NCBI GenBank assembly: GCA_964016885.1
Contig: OZ024748.1
Coordinates: 44,454,001-44,518,000, forward strand
Direction of reading: 5' to 3'
DNA from: Eledone cirrhosa
Lineage: Eukaryota
DNA length: 64,000 bases
A program made the translations under genes and the position numbers. The notes beneath the pieces are model-generated. The model did no database searches, was not told where the DNA came from, and saw nothing but the letters and a program-made list of their open reading frames with translations. Every line of letters begins with the position of its first letter. Within the stretch, counting starts at the first letter, position 1. Positions 54,780 to 64,000 of this stretch are shown one piece after another.

Positions 54780-54995
54780 ACGATATTAAACAAATGGAAA
54801 CTATATTTATAAAACCATATTTATTTCGTTATATATATTTCTGGGATATCATATTAAGCTGTGAAAAAATATGGTTTTATAAATATAGTTTCCATTTGTT
54901 TAATATCGTAAACCTACTCCAGAAACTGTTGAGTGCTTTTATATCAGTTATAAAATATTTACTCGTTGTAACCCAACAATCTTAAATAAAACTTT

Positions 54996-54997
<2 letters not shown>
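54780..54997. repeat. Short foldback of the same family as 6271-6630
   Basis: Arms of about 43 bp (54780-54822 and 54868-54910). The unpaired 3' extension is similar to 6545-6630. Confidence 0.8.
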
Positions 54998-55024
<27 letters not shown>

Positions 55025-55026
<2 letters not shown>

Positions 55027-55230
55027 CATCATCATCATCATCATCATCAGGTTTAGCGTCCGTGTTCCACGCTTGCATGGGTTTGGACGGGGGTTTTCCC
55101 ACTTGAGGCAAGAGTGGTTGTCTTGCTCGCATAGGACTGTCTGGCAGGTTTTCTACAGCTGGATGCCCTTCCTAACACCAACCACATTTACAGTGTGGGG
55201 CTGGGAGGTTTTTACCGTGTTGCCTACATA
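55025..55230 (-). mobile_element. SINE 3' part with (GAT)n tail
   Basis: Reverse complement of 19910-20110. Confidence 0.8.
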
Positions 55231-55664
55231 TATATATATGATGGACTCTCCTGTTGATATCCGATGTATGAGTGTCTAACAAAAGTTAAATGTGAGAAAG
55301 TGAACCTCCCACACAAAGTTTTGTTTTAAGTGGTGAAGGCTTGTGTTGGACCAACCACACATTTTGCAATTGACGACACATATCTTCGGTGCAAATATTT
55401 GCCATGGAAAATACAACAGCCTCCAAAAAAAAAAAAAACTATCTGGATGGCTGTTGGCTCTGCTGAGTTCCACCGTCCTTTGCCGGGCCTTGTATTTCAT
55501 CTGGGAGCGTGTCCGAATATCACCTTCCTCACAAAGCAAGCTTGGTGGTGTTGCTGGTTTAGTCACCGATGACCCAACCATGAGACAAGTTGTACTGGGT
55601 TACATGTTACCAGTAGCACTCATGAGCGACCTGACATATATATATATATATATATATGTGTATG

Positions 55665-56272
55665 TATGAATGTATGTATAGTATATTTGGCAATATACCG
55701 TATGTTTAATTAAAAACATTTTGAAGACCTTGCTCTATTATTTTAAAGTAGTGACTATGTCACTTACTCCTATTTTCGGCAAAGGAAGGGAGAGAAGCTG
55801 ACAGATTCTGTTTCACACTGTTGGTGTTCCTCAGAGCACCGTACTCCCTGCCTGTGCCGAAAATTGTAGATGCTGGATTCTTATAGAATTCCAGTAATAA
55901 TCAGGAACTGATTATACAGAGCGATTGCCAGCCCAGCAAAAATAAAAAAATAAGGATTGGTGCTCTGAAATAGCGATGTATATATGAATGTGTGTATAGT
56001 ATATTTGGCAATATACCGTATGTTCAATTAAAAACATTTTGAAGACCTTGCGCTATTATTTTAGAGTAGTGACTATGGAACACCAACAGTGTGAAACAGA
56101 ATCTGTCAGCTTCTCTCCCTTCCTTTGCCGAAAAAGGAAGTAAGTGACATAGTCACTACTTTAAAATAATAGCGCAAGGTCTTCAAAATGTTTTTAATTA
56201 AACATCCGGTATATTGCCAAATAGACTATACATACATTCATATATACATCGCTATTTCAGAGCACCAATCCT
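55665..56272. mobile_element. PLE-type terminal repeat: partial tandem copies plus an inverted copy
   Basis: 55665-55760 is repeated directly at 55983-56077. 56077-56272 is an inverted copy of the same unit. Confidence 0.75.
55797..55837 (-). ncRNA. Type I hammerhead ribozyme, sense to the GRAMD2 intron
   Basis: Minus strand: GCU-CUGAGGA-ACAC-CAACA-GUGU-GAAA-CAG-AAU-CUG-UC^-AGC. True 4-bp helix III and a GUC triplet. Confidence 0.8.
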
Positions 56273-56465
56273 AATATATATATATATATATATAATCAGA
56301 ATAAATGGAGGAGAAGGCAATATATTTCAAACCAAACTTTACATCTTACAGTGTTTCATCTTTACAATTATGACTAACAGTTCACACACACATATATATA
56401 TATAAATGACTTTTACAGGGCTAGAAGTGTTTCATTCATATGAAATCATTAAAAATGTCCTGATG

Positions 56466-56496
<31 letters not shown>

Positions 56497-56566
56497 ATCA
56501 ACAAAAAAAAACCCCTCAAAAACCAAACAAGAATGAAAGAAGAGAGAAAGTGTAAAAATGTTTTAC

Positions 56567-56677
56567 CTATACAAGTTTTTTAAGGCAGGTGACCAAACCT
56601 GCAGAGTATCAAGTTTGGCTTGTATTAACAGCACCTTGTATGTAAGGGTTACGGCAGAAACGAGCAGGAATATCATA
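56567..56677 (-). CDS. GRAMD2: GRAMD2-like exon (second half of the transmembrane helix)
   Basis: Strong pyrimidine tract ttttcttcctgtgtcttccag|(I)MIFLLVSAVTLTYKVLLIQAKLDTLQVWSPALKNLY(R)|gtaaaa. 111 nt, phase 2 to 2. Confidence 0.85.
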
Positions 56678-56949
56678 CTGGAAGACACAGGAAGAAAATG
56701 ACAAGATTTGATTAGAAAAAAAGGATCTGTCACAAAATACAACAGGGTTCTTCAGTGGGTTTGGAATTACTAAATATGTAATACACTCCACCACCCTCCC
56801 CATCCTTCCCCATCCTGTAGTTGGGGCATAAGTACCACCATGATGGGTTTCTGGGCTTAGGACAACAACTACAACAACAACAAAAAAACAAAGACATTCA
56901 GTGGAGCGGTGGGGTATTTTAGAAATAAATATTCCACAGAAATACTTAC

Positions 56950-56991
56950 ATAGCTGCGCATATAGCTAGTACCATATGAGCCTTTGGTAAC
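56950..56991 (-). CDS. GRAMD2: GRAMD2-like exon (start of the TM helix)
   Basis: ttcttccag|(R)LPKAHMVLAICAA(I)|gtaagt. 42 nt, phase 2 to 2. Confidence 0.85.
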
Positions 56992-57122
56992 CTGGAAGAA
57001 TTAAAAGAGGTAATAGAGAGGTATTAGGGTTACAGGGATTAATAGAGAGGTATTGTCAAGTCAAGAGTACACAAACTATACGGCCATATAAAAAGATCAA
57101 CTCGTGGTGTGAGTAGGTTATG

Positions 57123-57508
57123 CCTGGAGGAAGGTTGGCTGGTAAGAGAAGCAGGCTCAGCAGCCAAAATGATGGCTTGATAATGTCAACCTGTGGACTG
57201 GACTTGATCTTTGCTCTTTAAACTCTGCTGTTGGTGATCTAAAGGTATTATATATTCCTGGAAGGAAGGTTGGCTGGTAAGAGAAGCAGGCTCAGCAGCC
57301 AAAATGATGGCTTGATAATGTCAACCTATGGACTGGACTTGATCTTTGCTCTTTAAACTCTGCTGTTGGTGATCTAAAGGTATTATATATTCCTGGAAGG
57401 AAGGTTGGCTGGTAGGAGAAGCAGGCTCAGCAGCCAAAATGATGGCTTGATAATGTCAACCTATGGACTGGACTTGATCTTTGCTCTTTAAACTCTGCTG
57501 TTGGTGAT
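57123..57508. repeat. 135-bp tandem repeat, about 2.8 copies (intronic)
   Basis: GGAAGGTTGGCTGG starts at 57129, 57264 and 57399. The copies are near-identical. Confidence 0.92.
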
Positions 57509-57654
57509 CAAACTTTGTGGAGAGAGATATCACATGTTGATTCACAGTCTGTAACTGGTGGAGTTTAGCATCACAAGGAAAAGGGTTTAATAGAGAGGTA
57601 TTAAGGTTAGGGTTACAGGAGTTATTAGAGAAGTGTTTAAGGGGTAATTATATG

Positions 57655-57790
<136 letters not shown>

Positions 57791-57816
57791 AAGTGAGTGA
57801 AAGAGAGAGAGAGAGA

Positions 57817-57868
<52 letters not shown>

Positions 57869-57904
57869 AGAGAAAGTGAGTGAAAGGAGAGGAGAGAGAG
57901 GGAT

Positions 57905-57967
<63 letters not shown>

Positions 57968-58127
57968 AGTGAGTGAGTGATTGAGTGAGTGAGTGAGTGA
58001 AAGAGAGAGAGAGAGAGAGTCTGCAGTGCTGAGACCGAAGAGACAACTAATCATGGGAATACTCAATGCATGGGGAATCAGGATTTGCATATCTCATATA
58101 TTTAAACATACATACATACACTTACAA

Positions 58128-58166
<39 letters not shown>

Positions 58167-58754
58167 GGGGCTACAAATGATACAGTTCAGTATTCCAGTC
58201 CACACCGGCTTGAGGCATAGAACAAAATTTCCTGTTGACAACGTGAATCCTGTTCGATCATGGAATACCACAGGCTTGCATATTACGTAAGCTGGATGGA
58301 TGACTTTGGTTTCACAGAAACCTATTGAACGTATTGCAAAATATCGTTCGATATGTCCAGGTCAGTTGTCTAACCTGATTAGTTTCTTCGTTGTTTTTGG
58401 TATTATGTGGCTAGGTCTGCCTGCCGCAATTTTCAATTTGTCAAGCTGTTTAAATGTATGTTATTACTCTAAGGCCCGACCTCATGGAGTGCTTTGCTGC
58501 TCATTCCTAATTGTAGGTCGTTTAGCTTGGCCATAGCCAAAGCTTCGATTTTATTAAGCTTCTACTTATCTCTCTCCCTCTCTCTCTCTCTCTATATATA
58601 TAGACATACACACACATACATGGTAGATAGATAGATAGATAGACAGAATGGATAGGTAGATAGAAAGAGTGCCATTGTGACATATAAAAGTTAGATATAC
58701 AATGGGTTTAAAAAGGGAGAGAAATTGAAGGTAATTTGTATTGTTTTTACCTAC

Positions 58755-58812
58755 CGTAATAACTTAAGGGCTAACTGGCATATAGATTCATATGTCTGTT
58801 GACAGTTGAAAC
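58755..58812 (-). CDS. GRAMD2: GRAMD2-like exon
   Basis: aatttcag|(S)FNCQQTYESICQLALKLL(R)|gtaggt. 58 nt, phase 1 to 2. Confidence 0.78.
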
Positions 58813-59349
58813 CTGAAATTACAAAGATGATACACTCATTTCTCATACAACCTCTCTATTATGATACATTATAACGACACATCACAAGCTTTTCAACCCC
58901 CTTGGGACTTTCAAATTGGATCTTTGACCATTTCATTGATGCCCTGCAAAATACTGTATGCCCATTATCATCATCACCATCTTTCTCATCATCTTCCTGG
59001 CCCCTATCACAAACTACATTGACATCATATCACAAGTTTTTCAATCCATCAACCCTCTTGGGACTTTCAAATTGGATCCTTGAGCTTTTCATTGATGCCC
59101 CGCAAAATACTGTGTGCCCATTATCATCACCATCACCTTTCTCCTCATCTTCCTGGCCCCTCATCACAAAAAGGCTGTCAGTGTACCCATTATCACAACC
59201 ACCACAACTCTCATCATCTTCCTGGCCCCTGCCCCCAACACAACTGCCTTGATATCCTCACATGTACAAAAATGCTGTGTGTGTGTGTGTGTGTGCATGT
59301 GTGTTGGTTTGACTAAAATATTATTAGAAGGTAGTTCTATAACCCCTAG

Positions 59350-59568
59350 TTGTGGCAAGTGATTCAGTGGGTCAGTATCAGTAGAGCATCGGACAACATC
59401 CTTTGTGGCATAGAGTTACGGCCCTTTATATTCTGCGTTCAAATCTCGCCGAGGTTAGCTTTGCCTTTCATCCTTACGGGGCCAACAAAGTAAAGCACCA
59501 GTAATGCACTGGGGTCGATTTAATCGATTTTCCTCAAATTGTTGGCCTTGTGCCTAAATCAGACACCA
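59350..59568 (+). mobile_element. Older SINE flanked by a direct repeat of about 25 bp
   Basis: GTTCAAATC B-box and core GCCGAGGTTAGCTTTGCCTTTCATCC, also seen near 32598-32625. Both flanks carry ATTAGAAGG(T/A)AGTTCTATAACCCCTA. Confidence 0.65.
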
Positions 59569-60047
59569 ATATTAGAAGGAAGTTCTATAACCCCTAATCA
59601 TAACCCCTTGTTGGGGAAAGTGATACAGTGTGTAGATATACCTCCTCATCTTTATTCTTCGTTTTAATATTCCCCACATTTTTTTAGTACTGAATATATA
59701 TTTATTACATATGGAAGGACCCTTCAGTCATGTCAAGGATAACGAGCTCCCCCCACCACACCTCAATAAAAGCACCCAGTACATGCTGCAAAGTGGCTGT
59801 TGTTAGGAAGGGCATCCAACCACAGAAAGCTTGCCAAACAAGGGGTTAGGAGGACCCTTTAGTTGTGTCAAGGATATTGCAGCAGCCCGCAATCCCCTAG
59901 TGCTGGTGATCTACACAATAAAAGCACCAGAAGCAGAGGCAGTTTTTTCAGGGTGGGGTTGGTAAGAAAAGGGTTAACACATTTCTTAAGTTCATAACCA
60001 AGAAATAAAAAGTCATCAATTTATTAATTCATTATTGAGATACATAC

Positions 60048-60423
60048 TGTGTGACAGATAAGGCATGATGAACCAGCTATTATGGACAGTAACAGGTTTT
60101 TTGGAATGGCTAGACCCCACAGATGAGGGTTTCTGCGATACTTGAGATTTGGTAGGCATTGACGTTGAAAACGGAGTTTTCACACATGGTATAGTGGCCT
60201 TCGCTGGAGTCCGCTTGTAAGCTTTTGTTTTTCCAGGCTGGCATAGTTTCTGGTCATCGGAGTCCGTTGTCTCGGCAACACCACTGTAGTCAGAGCAAAA
60301 CACACTAGACTCGGAATGACTTTTTCTCTTTGGCATCAAAGGATGAATAATGGCCCCAGAAAGGTTGTTTTTACTCAGCGGCATCGACAGTGTTGACTTT
60401 GCCAAAGCTGCCACACCAGATTC
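60048..60423 (-). CDS. GRAMD2: GRAMD2-like exon (S/K/P-rich linker)
   Basis: tactttcag|ESGVAALAK..SWFIMPYLSH|gtatgt. 376 nt, phase 0 to 1, same frame as ORF 60016-60414. Confidence 0.82.
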
Positions 60424-60457
60424 CTGAAAGTATAACAGACAAAATAATTAGAAAATT

Positions 60458-60925
60458 ATCACCACTACTACTAACACCACCACTGTCACCACCATCACCA
60501 CTACTACTAACACCACCTCTGCTACCACCACCACCACTACTACTAACACTACCACCACCATCACCACTACTACTAACACCACCACTACCACCAACACCAC
60601 CACTGCCACCACAATCACCACTACTACTAACACCACCACTACCACCAACACCACCACTACTACTAACACCACCACCACCACCATCACCACTACTACTAAC
60701 ACCACCATCACCACTGCTACTAACACCACCACCACCACCACCACCACCATCACCATCACCACTACTACTAACACCACCACCACCACCATCACCACTACTA
60801 CTACTAACACCACCTCTGCCACCACCATCACCACTACTACTAACACCACTACCACCATCACCACTACTACTAACACCACCACCACCACTAACACCACCTC
60901 CGCCGCCACCAGCATCACCACTATG
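60458..60925. repeat. (ACC/ACT/ATC)n compound microsatellite
   Basis: Read directly; intronic. Confidence 0.9.
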
Positions 60926-61233
60926 TTCCCCATATTCTTCAAAGCCTTCCCCTTCCCACAATCTAAAACAGAGGGGAACCTCTAAGCAGTGAGTTGACCT
61001 GTTAGAAATGACAGTTCAAATTTCCCTCAAATCACACCCTATTGTCTTAAATGAAGAAGAATAGACTGGGAAATATAGTCGCTACCATACAAAAAGACTG
61101 GATGGCCATGGCTGGAACATCATTGATTAAAACTCTGCAGAGTTTTAATCAATGATCAGAGCTGAGCTAGGACTAAACAATAACAACAGTCAGATACAAC
61201 AAATATAAAAAAAAAACAACAGTATTTACTTAC

Positions 61234-61281
61234 GTTAAACTTTGATGAAAGGCCAGATTCTTCAGCAAAAGAATCTCCAGA
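61234..61281 (-). CDS. GRAMD2: GRAMD2-like exon
   Basis: ttttgttttgtag|SGDSFAEESGLSSKFN|gtaagt. 48 nt, phase 0 to 0. Confidence 0.78.
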
Positions 61282-61454
61282 CTACAAAACAAAATGGTAC
61301 AAGAATGGCAATGTGAGTTACAGAGAGTTCTTGGAGTTCTTCTGGATTCTGCTGCTAACCCTTTCAATACCAAATTTCTTATAAAACTCACTGCCTACGA
61401 TTTCCAAATCATATTGAAAATATATAAGAAATTGGTAAGGATTTAATAATATAA

Positions 61455-61860
61455 CTACTTTCACATTTGGAGGGATTTAGTAATGTAACTAACTGGATTC
61501 ATATTTGGAGAGGTTTAGTAATGTAACTAACTGGATTCACATTTGGAGGGGTTTAGTAATATAACTGGTTTCACATTTGGAGGGGTTTAGTAATGTAACT
61601 AACTGGATTCACATTTGGAGAGATTTAGTAATATAACTGGTTTCACATTTGGAGGGGTTTAGTAATGTAACTAACTGGATTCACATTTGGAGAGATTTAG
61701 TAATATAACTGGTTTCACATTTGCAGAGATTTAGTAATGTAACTGGTTTCACATTTGGAGAGGTTTAGTAATGTAACTAACTGGATTCACATTGGGAGGG
61801 GTTGAGTAATATAACTGGTTTCACATTTGGAGAGGTTTAGTAACATAACTGGTTTCACAG
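61455..61860. repeat. 35/39-bp minisatellite, about 11 copies
   Basis: TTCACATTTGGAG(A/G)G(G/A)TTTAGTAAT(G/A)TAACT(AACT)GG repeated. Confidence 0.9.
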
Positions 61861-62117
61861 CTTATAACAGGGTAGACTTCACTAAAGGCATTCAAGTATC
61901 GAGGGGGGTGGGGCTGTTGTTAAACTGGGTGACACACTAAGTCTACCACACAGGATCAATCACTCTGAATAGGTTATATACAGTTTTACTACCTAACAAC
62001 AAACTTCAACCTTAAGACTTTGGTCAACACACACACATGACTATAGGAGAAGGTACTTGCTTAAGGTGCTGAGAAATAGGATCAAAGCCAAAACTATACA
62101 GTTGTAATGGGACATAC

Positions 62118-62195
62118 CATTTCCTGATAACGGTCAAAGAGATCTTGCATCAAGTTGTAGGCAGCATCACGGGAGACAAACGACCCAAAGACATA
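62118..62195 (-). CDS. GRAMD2: GRAMD2-like exon (C-terminal end of the GRAM/PH domain)
   Basis: tttatttatttcag|YVFGSFVSRDAAYNLMQDLFDRYQEM|gtatgt. YxFxSFxSRDxxY is the GRAM C-terminal signature. No VASt domain lies before the TM helix, which favours GRAMD2 over GRAMD1. Upstream exons lie beyond the window. Confidence 0.88.
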
Positions 62196-62270
62196 CTGAA
62201 ATAAATAAAAATTTGATTGGTAGGTATCAATAATATAAGAGGAATACATACAAATGTTATGTAAACTGGT

Positions 62271-63430
62271 AGTGTTGGTATCACGACAAGCACCCAGTCC
62301 ACACTGTAAAGTTGTTATGTTGGTATCACGACAAGCACTCAGTCCACACTAAAGTGGTCATGTAGGGTGAGTCGTGTTGGTATCAAGACAACAAGCACCC
62401 AGTCCACACTAAAGTGGTTATGTAGGGTGAGTCGTGTTGGTATCAAGACAACAAGCACCCAGTCCACACTAAAGTGGTTATGTAGGGTGAGTCGTGTTGG
62501 TATCAAGACAACAAGCACCCAGTCCACACTAAAGTGGTTATGTAGGGTGAGTCGTGTTGGTATCAAGACAACAAGCACCCAGTCCACACTAAAGTGGTTA
62601 TGTAGGGTGAGTCGTGTTGGTATCAAGACAACAAGCACCCAGTCCACACTAAAGTGGTCATGTAGGGTGAGTCGTGTTGGTATCAAGACAACAAGCACCC
62701 AGTCCACACTAAAGTGGTTATGTAGGGTGAGTCGTGTTGGTATCAAGACAACAAGCACCCAGTCCACACTAAAGTGGTTATGTAGGGTGAGTCGTGTTGG
62801 TATCAAGACAACAAGCACTCAGTCCACACTAAAGTGGTTATGTAGGGTGAGTCGTGTTGGTATCAAGACAACAAGCACTCAGTCCACACTAAAGTGGTTA
62901 TGTAGGGTGAGTCGTGTTGGTATCAAGACAACAAGCACCCAGTCCACACTAAAGTGGTTATGTAGGGTGAGTCGTGTTGGTATCAAGACAACAAGCACCC
63001 AGTCCACACTAAAGTGGTTATGTAGGGTGAGTCGTGTTGGTATCAAGACAACAAGCACCCAGTCCACACTAAAGTGGTTATGTAGGGTGAGTCGTGGTGG
63101 TATCAAGACAACAAGCACTCAGTCCACACTAAAGTGGTTATGTAGGGTGAGTCGTGTTGGTATCAAGACAACAAGCACCCAGTCCACACTAAAGTGGTTA
63201 TGTAGGGTGAGTCGTGTTGGTATCAAGACAACAAGCACCCAGTACACACTGTAAAATTGTTATGTAGGTGTCATGACAAAAAACTCCTAGTCCACACTGT
63301 AAAGTGGTCATGTAGGTGTCACGACAAAAAACACCCAGTCCACTGTAAAGTGGTCGTGGACGTGTCACGACAAAAAACACCCAGTCCACACTGTAAAGTG
63401 GTCGTGTAGGTGTTACGACAAAAAGCACCT
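62271..63430. repeat. 60-bp tandem array (about 15 near-identical units) with degenerate flanking units of about 50 bp
   Basis: AGTCCACACTAAAGTGGTTATGTAGGGTGAGTCGTGTTGGTATCAAGACAACAAGCACCC in exact 60-bp register over 62341-63240. Confidence 0.97.
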
Positions 63431-63662
63431 ACATGATACCTACACAAACACTTTACAGTGTGGACTGGGTGCCTACATACAGCCCTCCCACTCACCACCA
63501 CAGCCAACACCACCCCCATCACCAAGCCAAGATCCAACCATTTAAGCTGGCGTCTTACCATCTGTGTTATGTGAAGAAAAAAAAACAAAACGTTTTTAGT
63601 TTGAATCAAAGACAATTATGTTGGTAATAATAGGTACAACTAGGTGAGTGTATATATATATT

Positions 63663-63697
<35 letters not shown>

Positions 63698-63729
63698 TTA
63701 TATATATATATCATTTCATTTTTTTTTTT

Positions 63730-64000
63730 CATTTTACGTCCACTTTTTCCCTGCTTGCAAGGGTGGGACAGGAACTGATTCTGGCTTGATTTCTACAGCT
63801 GGATGCCCTTCCTAACACCAACCTCATTTACAGTGAGTGCTGGGGGCTTTTTTGCCGTGGCACCTCCACGACCACTTTGCAGTGGAATGATAGGGACCGC
63901 AGTCCCTATCATCTCATTTCTACAGCTGATTAAACTGGAGCAATGTGAAATAAAGTGTCTTGCTCAAGGAAACAACACATCACCCGGTCCGAGGATTGAA
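63730..64000 (-). mobile_element. tRNA-derived SINE (head runs off the window)
   Basis: Near-identical to 24388-24660. Confidence 0.88.

Noticed and set aside
60371-60992. Gly/Ser-, Pro- or Val-rich ORFs
   Set aside because: They come from a trinucleotide microsatellite in an intron. The real exon starts at the acceptor at 60423.
62339-63254. CRISPR-like appearance and 295-aa repetitive ORF of the 60-bp array
   Set aside because: The units are contiguous with no unique spacers and no cas genes, in a eukaryotic intron. The ORF is a by-product of the 60-bp period.

Overview
This is AT-rich, repeat-saturated animal DNA. The SINE/LINE families and (TA)n density point to a coleoid cephalopod, octopus-like (inference). 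Nearly all long ORFs in the supplied track are (TA)n/(TG)n microsatellite artefacts. Host coding sequence: the 3' eight exons of a minus-strand GRAMD2-like gene (end of GRAM domain, TM helix, coiled coil; 62195 to 49691, all GT-AG and phase-compatible) and an isolated RMND5-like first coding exon (30063-29928). The rest is mostly transposon debris: a full-length decayed mariner, Merlin, Tc1/pogo-like, MULE and piggyBac-like elements, a solo LTR with a tRNA-Trp primer-binding site, CR1-, RTE- and L1/Tx1-type LINEs, tRNA-derived SINEs, and at least four Penelope-like elements (PLEs). The most striking signal is non-coding. I folded about 17 hammerhead ribozyme (HHR) motifs by eye. Several sit in tail-out foldback palindromes carrying an HHR on each strand, two have 90-120 nt helix II extensions, and one lies sense within a GRAMD2 intron next to its own antisense copy. 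All folds, coordinates and family calls are manual, with no database search.
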